Shown in pieces: positions 9,107 to 18,195 of a DNA stretch of 64,000 nucleotides. The notes beneath the pieces are model-generated. The model made no database searches. It was not told the DNA's origin and worked only from the letters and a program-made list of their open reading frames with translations. Within the stretch, counting starts at the first letter, position 1; each line of letters begins with the position of its first letter. Position numbers and translations under genes: made by a program. The stretch lies in the NCBI GenBank assembly GCA_963662285.2, contig CAXXMV010000008.1:896001-960000 (forward strand), given 5' to 3'. This stretch comes from a bacterium (GTDB lineage: Bacteria > Hinthialibacterota > Hinthialibacteria > Hinthialibacterales > Hinthialibacteraceae).

Positions 9107-10446
9107 CAGACCGTCACCTCCTCAACCGAATCCTTTACGGGACCTTCTTTAACTTCACGTATAAAGACAAAGAGATAAAGCGCTCCGAGGAAGAGGTAGA
9201 TTACGCCGAACAGCACGATGGAAAAGAGCACTTCTCCTGCTGATACCGTAGGTGAAAAGGCATCGGCTGTTCTGAGCAAGCGATATACCACCCACGGTTG
9301 ACGACCCACCTCAGCCACAATCCAGCCCAGTTGAGTAGCGATTAAAGGTAATGGAATAGCAGCGACCAGGATGGTAAGAAACCATCTGGTTTCCCACAAC
9401 ACGCCCCGGTAGAGTAGGAAAATCCCGAATGCCATCAAGCCGATAAACATGGTTCCCAGAGCCACCATATTATGGAAGGAGACGAAGGTTAAAAAGAAGG
9501 GAGGCCGTTCGTTTTCGGCGAAGGCGTCCAGACCTTTGACTTCGGCATTGATATCTCCATGCGCCATAATACTCAGCACGCCGGGAATTTCGATAGCGCC
9601 GATAAGCCGCGGCGGATTATCCAATGGAATAGCGAATCCCAGCAATGGGGCGCGGGTCTGGGTTTTGAGCAGTCCTTCCATAGTGGCGAATTTCTCCGGT
9701 TGGGTTTTGGCGACCTGGATGGCGTGTTCATGACCAGTGGGAAAGGCTGTCGCGACCGAAGCGATAAATCCGATGATCAAGGCCAGTTTCATTGAACGCC
9801 TGGTGACATCCATATCTTTTTTCTTAAGCGCCCAATAGGCCGATACGCCCGTTACCACGAAGGCGCCGCAGACAATTGTGGCGGCGAAAGTATGGAAAAA
9901 CCGCACCCAGGTTGAATCGTTAAATATGGCTTGAGTAAAGCTGGTCAGTTCAGCCCGGTTGTTCTGAATGATGTATCCCGCAGGAGTCTGCTGCCAGGAA
10001 TTGGCGGCGATGATCCAGAACGCGGATATAGTGGCGCCCACAGCAACCATCAAGATCGAAAACCAATGGATACCTTTGGAAACGCGCTTGCGTCCAAAAA
10101 GATACAGACCAAGAAAGGTTGATTCCATAAAAAACGCAAAGACGCTTTCCGCAGCCAAAGGCGCTCCGAAAATATCTCCCACGAACTTGGAATACTCTGA
10201 CCAGTTAGTTCCGAATTGGAACTCCATCACGATGCCGGTCGCCACGCCGACCACGAAGGTCAAGGCCAGCAATTTGGCAAAGGTGCGGCTCATCCGTTCA
10301 TAGACCGGGTTGCCGGTTTTCCAACTGGCGCCTTCCATCGCAACCAACAGCCAGGCCAGGCCGATGGAAATTGGTGGAAAAAGGAAGTGGAATCCTATGG
10401 TCAACGCGAATTGTAGTCTTGATAAAAATAAGGTGTCCATATCCAT
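9106..10446 (-). CDS. cydA: Cytochrome bd ubiquinol oxidase subunit I
   Basis: SRLQFA..FHFLF, EFQFGTNW, QPEKFATMEG and EVGRQPW motifs. Confidence 0.95.
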   Translation of the reverse strand: MDMDTLFLSRLQFALTIGFHFLFPPISIGLAWLLVAMEGASWKTGNPVYERMSRTFAKLLALTFVVGVATGIVMEFQFGTNWSEYSKFVGDIFGAPLAAESVFAFFMESTFLGLYLFGRKRVSKGIHWFSILMVAVGATISAFWIIAANSWQQTPAGYIIQNNRAELTSFTQAIFNDSTWVRFFHTFAATIVCGAFVVTGVSAYWALKKKDMDVTRRSMKLALIIGFIASVATAFPTGHEHAIQVAKTQPEKFATMEGLLKTQTRAPLLGFAIPLDNPPRLIGAIEIPGVLSIMAHGDINAEVKGLDAFAENERPPFFLTFVSFHNMVALGTMFIGLMAFGIFLLYRGVLWETRWFLTILVAAIPLPLIATQLGWIVAEVGRQPWVVYRLLRTADAFSPTVSAGEVLFSIVLFGVIYLFLGALYLFVFIREVKEGPVKDSVEEVTV

Positions 10447-10485
10447 GTTCTTATATTCTCCTTAATGGGATAAAAACCAATGGAT

Positions 10486-11004
10486 CTATGGGATTGATGG
10501 AGCATTAGGCGGCGCCGTGTAGGTGCGCGTTGCGAGTTGCTGATCGATCATGAATAACCCTGAACCATGTCCAGCCACCAGTTTAAGTTTCTGCACTATA
10601 CCGTCAGCGGACGCCTCTTCTTCAACCTGTTCGCTGACGAACCATTGCAGGAAGGCGTTGGTGGCGTGATCGCTTTCTTTGATCGCGAGGTCAACCAAGT
10701 GGTTTATCAAGCCGGTTACTTTCTGTTCGTGTTCGTAAATGGCTTCAAAAGCAGCCAAAGGAGAAGCCCATTCTGTTTCAGGGGCATCGATAGCAGTCAT
10801 CTTAACTTTGCCACCGCGTTCCAAGAGGTAATCGTTAAACATGGCCGCATGGGTCATCTCTTCAGCGGTTTGAACCTTCATCCAGGTGGCCATGCCTTCC
10901 AGGTTGAGGGAATGAAAATAGGCTGACATTGAATAATACAAATAAGACGAATAGAGTTCGGCGTTGATTTGCTTATTCAGGGCTTCTTCAATTGTTTTGT
11001 TCAC
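10486..11004 (-). CDS. ftnA: Non-heme ferritin
   Basis: QINAELYSSYLY, EEMTHA, HEQKVT and FLQWFVSEQVEEE ferroxidase residues. Confidence 0.93.
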   Translation of the reverse strand: MNKTIEEALNKQINAELYSSYLYYSMSAYFHSLNLEGMATWMKVQTAEEMTHAAMFNDYLLERGGKVKMTAIDAPETEWASPLAAFEAIYEHEQKVTGLINHLVDLAIKESDHATNAFLQWFVSEQVEEEASADGIVQKLKLVAGHGSGLFMIDQQLATRTYTAPPNAPSIP

Positions 11005-11033
11005 GGGAATGTCTCCTTTTTTTAGATGTATCT

Positions 11034-11744
11034 TTAATTTTTTGAATAGTGATTATCCAATACTTTTTGGGCCAGATCGCATACTTTAACTGTAGAGTGC
11101 CGGCCATCCCAGAAGAACGGGATTTCGTTTTGGTCATGCAGAAATCGTTCAAATAGCTGGCGGTTGTTTCCGTCATCAAGCAACCCGGCTGACCATATAG
11201 CCATTCCCCTGACATTCGGATCATTTGATTCGAAAAAGGGGATGACATACTCTAAAGCATTATGAGAACGAAGCAACGGAGCTTGCGCCTGAGCCAATCG
11301 GGCAAAGCCCCACAAAACTCCGCATTGCAAAGGTTCGAATTCGAGAAAGCTGCCATCTAACATGACGAACGAAACGAGGATATTAACGAACTCTTTCGCC
11401 AGGCCTTCATGGCAGGCCATGATTTCTGCTAAAGTTTCTGGAGCGCCCCAGCCGATGCCGCCGGATTCTTCATACAGACTCCAGATCAAACGCCGCATAA
11501 CAGCGCGGGCAGATTCCATATCCTGATTGGCCAGATCGGCGGTTACCAAACCCATCGCAGTTACCGCACGCCATTTAACCACCAGATTACTGCCAGGCAA
11601 GAGTGAAATCAGAGCATGGGTGGCGCGCCCTTTAGGCAGTTGCAGCAACTCATTGAATTTATGCTCGAAATCAGAAGATTCGAGCAACATCCTAATTTCA
11701 CGCTTAAAAGATCTACCTCTATGTTCCTGTTTCATAATATTCAT
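11034..11744 (-). CDS. DVU0298-like HEAT-repeat protein
   Basis: MRRLIWSLYEESGGIGWGAPE signature. Confidence 0.75.
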   Translation of the reverse strand: MNIMKQEHRGRSFKREIRMLLESSDFEHKFNELLQLPKGRATHALISLLPGSNLVVKWRAVTAMGLVTADLANQDMESARAVMRRLIWSLYEESGGIGWGAPETLAEIMACHEGLAKEFVNILVSFVMLDGSFLEFEPLQCGVLWGFARLAQAQAPLLRSHNALEYVIPFFESNDPNVRGMAIWSAGLLDDGNNRQLFERFLHDQNEIPFFWDGRHSTVKVCDLAQKVLDNHYSKN

Positions 11745-11766
11745 AATAACAACCGGGATTTACTTT

Positions 11767-12591
11767 TTACCCCAAAGCCACATCGAGCGACATCATAAGC
11801 GCGAATCCCCCGATTGTGCCAATTGTGGCTAAATCGTTATGATGCTCCCGCTGGGATTCAGGGATCAATTCCTCTACAACCACAAAGATCATAGCGCCCG
11901 CGGCGAAGGCCAATCCATAAGGCAAGAGCGCTTCCATTGAAATCACCAGCCACGCGCCCAACACTCCGGCAATCGGTTCTACAATGCCGGAAGCCTGGCC
12001 GTACATAAATGATTTGAAACGTCCCATGCCCTCACGGCGCAACGGCATAGCCACCGCCAACCCTTCGGGGAAATTCTGCAAACCGATGCCAATAGCCAGC
12101 GCAATGCCGCCCATCATCATGGTATGCGCCTGAGCCGCGTTAGTTGCATGAGCCACAACTCCAAAAGCAACTCCAACCGCCAAGCCTTCAGGAATATTAT
12201 GCAGGGTGATAGCCATAACCAGCAACACGCTGCGCTGCCAGGATGTTTTGATGCCTTCCGCTTCGGATAAATCCAGCCCAAGGTGCAAGTGGGGAAGAAT
12301 TTTATCTACGCCATAGAGAAAGAATCCACCCGCCAGGAAACCAATTACCGCCGGTTTCCAGTCGCCGCCAGACATTTCTATCGATGGAGCGAGCAGCGAC
12401 CAGTAACTGGCGGCGATCATAACTCCCGCCGCCATTCCCAGCATGCCATCCATCACCTTTTGATTTAAGCGCTTGGTAAACAAGACGGGCGCGGCGCCGA
12501 GAGCGGTAACGAACCAAGTGAACAAGGTCGCCATCAACGCTTGCATTACGGGATGTGAATCTTGAAAAAATTTTATCAAATGTTCTTGCAT
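11767..12591 (-). CDS. zupT: ZIP family metal transporter
   Basis: ITLHNIPEGLAVG, LQNFPEG and ELIPES motifs. Confidence 0.9.
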   Translation of the reverse strand: MQEHLIKFFQDSHPVMQALMATLFTWFVTALGAAPVLFTKRLNQKVMDGMLGMAAGVMIAASYWSLLAPSIEMSGGDWKPAVIGFLAGGFFLYGVDKILPHLHLGLDLSEAEGIKTSWQRSVLLVMAITLHNIPEGLAVGVAFGVVAHATNAAQAHTMMMGGIALAIGIGLQNFPEGLAVAMPLRREGMGRFKSFMYGQASGIVEPIAGVLGAWLVISMEALLPYGLAFAAGAMIFVVVEELIPESQREHHNDLATIGTIGGFALMMSLDVALG

Positions 12592-12676
12592 GACCGAGGC
12601 TCCAAGAGTCTTTATTCTTCAGAAGGTAGGATTAGCAAAAAGCGTCAGCGTCGCCCACCAAAGTTAACTTATATAT

Positions 12677-12838
12677 TTAATCTTCAGGTGAAAATTCATC
12701 TATACTTGCGTCGCATTCAGGACAGACAAAGTCATCGGGTAGATCTGCAAACAGCGTACCCGGCGCAATGCCTTGTTCTGGAAGTCCTGCCTCAGGATCG
12801 TAAATCCACCCGCAGATGTCGCATATATACTTTTCCAT
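12677..12838 (-). CDS. rub: Rubredoxin (53 aa, missed by ORF track)
   Basis: [53 protein letters not shown]; two CxxC motifs; GGAG RBS. Confidence 0.93.
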   Translation of the reverse strand: MEKYICDICGWIYDPEAGLPEQGIAPGTLFADLPDDFVCPECDASIDEFSPED

Positions 12839-12873
12839 TATATTTTCTCCATTTAGCGATTTGTAGAAGCCAG

Positions 12874-12907
12874 AAAAGATGGGCTTCTGCGAAGCCCAGT
12901 TTCTTTT
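12874..12907. terminator. Terminator-like hairpin between rubrerythrin and rubredoxin
   Basis: AAAAGATGGGCTTC-TGC-GAAGCCCAGTTTCTTTT. Confidence 0.55.
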
Positions 12908-12944
12908 GCCGGGGGCTGGATATAATTACCCTTCACCTTAACGC

Positions 12945-13121
12945 CAATGTCATTAAGTTAAGGTATTTCATCCTATCTTTGGTGGTTTGATCAAGGGCTG
13001 ACCGCATTGCGGTCTTGCCCTTGGCGCCCATCCTTCGTTTTTTTTTACCCTCACCCTAGCCCCCCTCCCGTGGGGAGAGGGGACGAGGTTGCCCGACATT
13101 ATGAGTTGGATATATTACTAG
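12945..13121 (+). mobile_element. MITE-like composite: CAATGTCATTAAGTTAAG end + family-A hairpin + family-B hairpin
   Basis: Direct copy at 13831-14021; partial copies at 22823, 23059, 29148 and 41755. Confidence 0.7.
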
Positions 13122-13199
13122 AATATGAATCCATATCGACGAAGTAAAAAATTAAATTATTAGATTGGCTGAACGCCAATCACTTTATCACAATAGACA

Positions 13200-13772
13200 C
13201 TACCAGTTTTCACCCAGCAATTCGAAATGAGCTTGAGGATGTGCGCATGCCGGACAAACGCCGGGCGCTTCTTCGCCTTCGTGCAGGTATCCACAATTAC
13301 GGCAGCGCCAGACGACTTTTTTATCTTTCTTAAAGACTGTTCCCGCTTCAACATTGGCCATGAGATCCAGGAATCGTTTTTCATGCTGTTTTTCGGCAAC
13401 GGCTATAGCCTCGAAAGTTTTAGCAATTACATCAAATCCTTCTTCTCTGGCTATATTGGCGAACTCAGGATACATGCTTTCCCATTCGTGATGTTCTCCA
13501 CCAGCCGATGCTTTTAAGTTCTCAGCAGTCGAAGCGATGACGCCCGCCGGGAAAGCGGCCTGGATTTCAACATCACCGCCTTTAAGGAATTTGAATAATC
13601 TTTTGGCGTGTTCTTTCTCTTGATTGGCGGTCTCTTCAAAAATATCAGCGATTTGGACGAAGCCTTCTTTTTTGGCGGCGCCTGCGAAATAAGTGTAGCG
13701 ATTTCGGGCCTGTGATTCACCGGCGAATGCGGTGAGTATGTTTTTTTCTGTTTTGCTACCTTGTAAATCCAT
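13200..13772 (-). CDS. rbr: Rubrerythrin
   Basis: AFAGESQARNRY, EKEHA, AEKQHE motifs; C-terminal WRCRNCGY...CPACAHP. Confidence 0.95.
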   Translation of the reverse strand: MDLQGSKTEKNILTAFAGESQARNRYTYFAGAAKKEGFVQIADIFEETANQEKEHAKRLFKFLKGGDVEIQAAFPAGVIASTAENLKASAGGEHHEWESMYPEFANIAREEGFDVIAKTFEAIAVAEKQHEKRFLDLMANVEAGTVFKKDKKVVWRCRNCGYLHEGEEAPGVCPACAHPQAHFELLGENW

Positions 13773-13830
13773 TGCTTTTATCTCCTTTATTATTGATTGT
13801 TGTATGAAATATACCTAGTCTCATTTTACG

Positions 13831-14021
13831 CTAGCACCAATGTCATTAAGTTAAGGTATTTCATTCTATCTTTGGTGGTTTGATCAAGGGCTGAGCGCAT
13901 TGCGCTCTTGCCCTTGGCACCCTTAATTTGTCATGGGGGGGTAATTACCCCTCACCCTAGCCCTCTCCCGTGGGGGGAGGGGACTTGGGTGCATGGCATA
14001 ATAAATTGGTCAAAGTACTAG
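13831..14021 (+). mobile_element. MITE-like composite (second copy), bounded by CTAG...CTAG
   Basis: CTAGCAC...GTACTAG ends; same module order as 12945-13121. Confidence 0.7.
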
Positions 14022-14036
14022 AGCAATAGAAAGAAT

Positions 14037-14417
14037 TTACGAAGTTTTCCACAATCCATGTAGGTTGCAAAATTCTCGCGCAGTGATTTCATTTCCTTCA
14101 ACCGGGAAGAAAGCTTCTGGAGCGTCGCCCGGATTCAAGAACTGGCGATAGGACTTACCGTCGACAATCACTTCGATCCACTCGATATAGTGCTCATCCT
14201 GCATGGGATGATTGACCGATCCGACTGTAACCTTGACGCCGCCATCGACTTTCTCGATTACTGGAACATGTTTTTCCTGGGCTGCGTCGGTGCTGTTTTC
14301 ATTGAGCAATTCCATGGGCTTGCCGCAACAAACCAGACTTCCGGCGCCGCCACGGATTACTTGGACCATGTTTCCACAACTATTACATCTGTAAATCTGT
14401 TGTTTTACAGCAGACAT
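14037..14417 (-). CDS. dfx: Desulfoferrodoxin (superoxide reductase)
   Basis: [28 protein letters not shown] and CNLHGLW motifs. Confidence 0.95.
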   Translation of the reverse strand: MSAVKQQIYRCNSCGNMVQVIRGGAGSLVCCGKPMELLNENSTDAAQEKHVPVIEKVDGGVKVTVGSVNHPMQDEHYIEWIEVIVDGKSYRQFLNPGDAPEAFFPVEGNEITAREFCNLHGLWKTS

Positions 14418-14491
14418 GTTTTTACTCCTATTTATTTTATTTTTAACAAATTCTGGTCAATGGAAAAATCAGAAACCTTGAGAAGCGTTTC

Positions 14492-14935
14492 TTATCCATA
14501 GGGATACATACCCTTTTTGATCGATTCTAAATTAGCGAGAATCGCGTTGTGTTTTTCTTCGTCCTTAAGAAGATAATCGAGAAGATAACTTTGGACGACC
14601 ATTCCTTTTTTGCCTTCAGCAGCTTTTAAGCTTGCTTTAGCAATTTCTACGGTCTCTTTTTCGAGTTCGATATGCTTTTCGATGGCGCCCCAGACTTCAC
14701 CCACTTCTTCTGGCGCCAGTGTAATAGCCTTGCTTTCGAGGCTGTCGGCGATCAATTCCTGAATACGGTAGTGCATTTGAGAATCGCGTTGAATAATCTC
14801 CATTACCAACCGGACAATCGGATTTTCAGTCTGCTCGATGATTTTACCAGTCGAAGCAACCGATGCGTTCTCGATCTTCTGCCATTTCCGCATATTCTTA
14901 ACGATTGTTTCCTGCGCTTCTTTAACGCTCATCAA
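14492..14935 (-). CDS. Ferritin-like four-helix hypothetical protein
   Basis: Duplicated E...DxxxH pattern (IEN..RDSQMH; ELEKE..KDEEKH). Confidence 0.6.
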   Translation of the reverse strand: MMSVKEAQETIVKNMRKWQKIENASVASTGKIIEQTENPIVRLVMEIIQRDSQMHYRIQELIADSLESKAITLAPEEVGEVWGAIEKHIELEKETVEIAKASLKAAEGKKGMVVQSYLLDYLLKDEEKHNAILANLESIKKGMYPYG

Positions 14936-15001
14936 TTATCTCCTTAGAATATTGTATTATAAGTGAATCATTGTTATTCATACCAAATAATGGGACTGGA
15001 A

Positions 15002-15589
15002 TCAACCGTGTTTCGCCAAGTATGCAGCAACGCCATCGGCGGTCGGTTTCATGGAGTCATCGCCTTGGCGCCAATTTGCCGGGCAGACATCTCCATGTTT
15101 TTCAGAGAACTGAAGGGCGTCGACGATGCGCAAGGCTTCATCTGTGCTTCGCCCCAAGGGTAGATCATTTATCAGCGCGTGGCGGATAATGCCTTCTTTA
15201 TCGATGATGAAGAGTCCGCGCAAGGCCAATGAATCATTAAACAATACATCGTAACTCTTCGATATGCTATGGTTTAGGTCAGAAACTAGCGGGTACTGGA
15301 TATTACCGATGCCGCCCTTGTCGCGCGGCGTGTTCTTCCAGGCGAGATGGGTGAAATGCGAATCAACCGACACTCCGATAACTTCGACGTTTCTTTCCTT
15401 GAATTGGGGTAAGGCTTTATCGAAAGCGATGATCTCTGACGGGCAGACAAAGGTGAAATCCAAAGGATAGAAAAACAACAGTACATATTTTCCGCGATAG
15501 GAGGATAGTTTCAATTCTTCGAAATCATTATCGACAGTGACGGCTTGAGCAGTGAAATCGGGCGCTTCCTTAGTTACAAGTGTTGACAT
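15002..15589 (-). CDS. ahpC: Typical 2-Cys peroxiredoxin
   Basis: [13 protein letters not shown] and VCPANW motifs. Confidence 0.93.
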   Translation of the reverse strand: MSTLVTKEAPDFTAQAVTVDNDFEELKLSSYRGKYVLLFFYPLDFTFVCPSEIIAFDKALPQFKERNVEVIGVSVDSHFTHLAWKNTPRDKGGIGNIQYPLVSDLNHSISKSYDVLFNDSLALRGLFIIDKEGIIRHALINDLPLGRSTDEALRIVDALQFSEKHGDVCPANWRQGDDSMKPTADGVAAYLAKHG

Positions 15590-15625
15590 TTTTATGACTC
15601 CTTTTCTGAGGTTATAGTTATTTAA

Positions 15626-15865
15626 TTATTCAGGATTATTCTTGTCCCATTTCCCTTGTGAGATATGGGCTTGTTTTTCCCTCTCCGCTTCAGCGCGGAT
15701 TTTATAGGCGCAGTCGCGAATGACTCCGAAAAGAACCGCGCAACCGTCATCAACACAGTGCGCTTCGCCCTCATCCGCCAAAACAATCAGCTGGCGTGAT
15801 TTTTCAAGCGCTTCCTTGATGAATTGATTGCAATTCGATTGAAGATTATTGTCTTGGTTTATCAT
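15626..15865 (-). CDS. Small Cys-containing hypothetical protein (79 aa)
   Basis: ATG 15865 with GGAG RBS; LADEGEAHCVDDGCAVLFGVIRDCAYKI. Confidence 0.7.
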   Translation of the reverse strand: MINQDNNLQSNCNQFIKEALEKSRQLIVLADEGEAHCVDDGCAVLFGVIRDCAYKIRAEAEREKQAHISQGKWDKNNPE

Positions 15866-15898
15866 TGGTTCTTCTCCGCCTTGATACTTTATATTAAT

Positions 15899-15914
15899 TG
15901 CATGAATTGTGCCA
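15899..15914 (-). promoter_or_regulatory. Sigma-54 (-24/-12) promoter
   Basis: Minus strand TGGCACAATTCATGCA = GG-N10-GC, 34 bp upstream of ATG 15865, adjacent to a sigma-54 activator gene. Confidence 0.8.
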
Positions 15915-16010
15915 TTTATTAATCTAAAGATGAAATTATTGATTAAATCTATATATATCAGCAAGTTATATAGTTAATTATATTATAAATTCAATATGTT
16001 CCTGATCAAA

Positions 16011-16044
16011 TATGTCTCATTAAAACATAACTTAATGAGACATA
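16011..16044. promoter_or_regulatory. Putative upstream activator site
   Basis: Perfect 13-bp inverted repeat TATGTCTCATTAA-N8-TTAATGAGACATA about 100-130 bp upstream of -24; related TGT-N8-ACA sites at 16146-16159 and 16164-16177. Confidence 0.6.
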
Positions 16045-16197
16045 CATGATCTAACCAATACAGAAACAAAGGATAATTACGCATCATAACTATATATATT
16101 ACAGGTAATTATAGATATAAATCGGATAATCTCATATCGTCATACTGTATAATAAGACATAAGTGTATCATGAGACATGTATAAGGAATATTAAAAA

Positions 16198-17961
16198 TCA
16201 GGATGGATTTTCTTGGAGAAAGCGGTAAAGCGTGGCTCTGGAGACGCCCAATTCACGCGCGGCGGCCTGTTTGTTGCCGGCAGTTTTAGTTAGCGCTTGT
16301 TCAACCGCCTCGCTGGAGAGTTTCCGTTTACGCTGCGCCGGTTCGGACTTATGGGTGGGAGAAAAGGCGTCGTGCGAAGAATGACGGGGAGGAAAATGCT
16401 CTGGATGGATTATATCGCCCTTGCATTTTAGCAAGGCGAACTGAATCCAATTTTGCAATTCCCGTATGTTTCCAGGCCAGTCGTAGGATCGCATAACGCG
16501 CAGGGCTTCATCGGATAAGGTGACGGTTTCGCGTTGATTTTCATCCAAAGCCCGCTTAAGAATATGTCTGGCGATAAGGGGAATATCATCGCGCCGTTCG
16601 CGTAACGGGGGAAGGTATATCGGAGCAACGCAAAGACGATAGTATAAATCCTCGCGAATTACTTTACGCAAATCCTTGTTGGTGGCGCTGATGACCCGCA
16701 CATCCACTTTAACGGTTTTCTCGCTTCCAACGCGCTCAAAGGTTCCCTCTTGAAGAACGCGCAGCAGTTTGACCTGCATTGTAGGGGAGATATCGCCGAT
16801 TTCGTCGAGGAAAATGGTTCCACCATCGGCCAGTTCAAAGCGGCCTTTCTTGTCGCGGATGGCGCCGGTGAAAGCGCCGCGAACGTGGCCGAATAGTTCA
16901 CTTTCGAGCAAACTTTCGGGGAGAGCGCCGCAATTGATAGGTACAAACAGCCGGTCGGCTCGGGAACCTTCACGGTGAATGGCAGCGGCGACCAGTTCTT
17001 TCCCGGCGCCGCTTTCGCCTTGGATGGATACGGAAGCGTTGGAATGGGCCAGGTCGCGGATGGTGTTGAATATCTCAAGCATTTTGGGATCGCGTCCGAT
17101 AATGCCGGAAAATTGCTCGGTCTGACCCAACTGCTTTTCCAGTTCCAACTCTCGCGTTCGGTCTTTTAAGGAGACCAAAATACCTGCGGGGCGGTTCGAG
17201 GCATCGCGCATCAACTTTAGATACATCCTGATTCGGCGAGTTTGGCCATTTTTAGCGCGGATTTTAACTGGCCGTTCTATTTCGTCGAAAATGTGAGTTA
17301 TGCCAGTATTACAAAAATCGCAACGATCCCCGCAGAATCCTCCGGTGAAGATATCGTGGCAGTCCTTACCGATTACTTCATCATGGGCGTAACCTGTGAT
17401 CCGTTCGGCGGCCTGATTGTAATAATAGATTTTGCGGTTGAAGTCGTGGGCGAGGATTCCGTCCGGCAGGTTGCTCAAGATCATTTCGGTCTGGTTTTTG
17501 GTATGAGCGAGCGCCGCCAGATAACCCCGGTCGAGCAAATCATCAACCAAATGCTTGATTTGATCCCGGACGCGTCGAAAGACATCCAGTACAGCTTCAG
17601 GTTCACCTTGCGTCGCAGCGGGATCTTCGAGATTCCAATCGACGCGGGGAGGATTGCCCGGAAAGACCGGACAGATTCCAGCGGCGTGATCGCAAAGCGT
17701 AATGAGCACATCGAAGTCCTGTTCGCCCAGAGAATCCAATGTCTTCGACTTTGCCTGTGAGATATCTATCCCGACTTCCGACATTACCTTAATAGCCAGG
17801 GGATGCACTGGTTTGATTTCGGTTCCGGCGCTCAAGGCGGTGACCCGTCCGTCATTCCGCGCCCGGACATAACCCTCTGCTATCTGGCTGCGGCAGGAGT
17901 TGCCAGTGCAGAGAAACAAGAGGCGGAAGGAGTTTGATTGCTCAATTGAATTATCAGTCAT
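16198..17961 (-). CDS. Sigma-54 enhancer-binding protein with N-terminal ArsC/LMW-PTP domain and Cys-rich PAS domain
   Basis: [30 protein letters not shown]; PAS with [17 protein letters not shown]; [19 protein letters not shown]; Fis-type [13 protein letters not shown]. Confidence 0.92.
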   Translation of the reverse strand: MTDNSIEQSNSFRLLFLCTGNSCRSQIAEGYVRARNDGRVTALSAGTEIKPVHPLAIKVMSEVGIDISQAKSKTLDSLGEQDFDVLITLCDHAAGICPVFPGNPPRVDWNLEDPAATQGEPEAVLDVFRRVRDQIKHLVDDLLDRGYLAALAHTKNQTEMILSNLPDGILAHDFNRKIYYYNQAAERITGYAHDEVIGKDCHDIFTGGFCGDRCDFCNTGITHIFDEIERPVKIRAKNGQTRRIRMYLKLMRDASNRPAGILVSLKDRTRELELEKQLGQTEQFSGIIGRDPKMLEIFNTIRDLAHSNASVSIQGESGAGKELVAAAIHREGSRADRLFVPINCGALPESLLESELFGHVRGAFTGAIRDKKGRFELADGGTIFLDEIGDISPTMQVKLLRVLQEGTFERVGSEKTVKVDVRVISATNKDLRKVIREDLYYRLCVAPIYLPPLRERRDDIPLIARHILKRALDENQRETVTLSDEALRVMRSYDWPGNIRELQNWIQFALLKCKGDIIHPEHFPPRHSSHDAFSPTHKSEPAQRKRKLSSEAVEQALTKTAGNKQAAARELGVSRATLYRFLQENPS

Positions 17962-18195
17962 TGATCGACCTGTTACTTTAAGAACCGCTCTAATATTATA
18001 TCCAGCGTTTTATTGTTTATATTATAGGTTAGAGTGGTTGGTATGATAACGTTTATATTCGCAATAATTCGGGCGATTTCAAGAATCAGTTTTTTTGAGT
18101 ATAATCATGCCGCAAGAGTATAATGCGGTGTTATAGCATAATTGCAGTGAGTATGATGGTTTAATTCTAAGTGCAAGAAAGGTTTTAAGCGTTAA

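Noticed and set aside
12562-12990. 142-aa plus-strand ORF
   Set aside because: It is antisense to the genuine rubredoxin gene and ends in a repeat.
15866-15964. N-terminal extension of the 112-aa ORF
   Set aside because: It overlaps the sigma-54 promoter; the RBS supports ATG 15865.
16198-17961. Arsenic resistance operon
   Set aside because: The ArsC domain is fused to a regulator, and no acr3/arsB/arsR/arsA/arsD genes are in the window.
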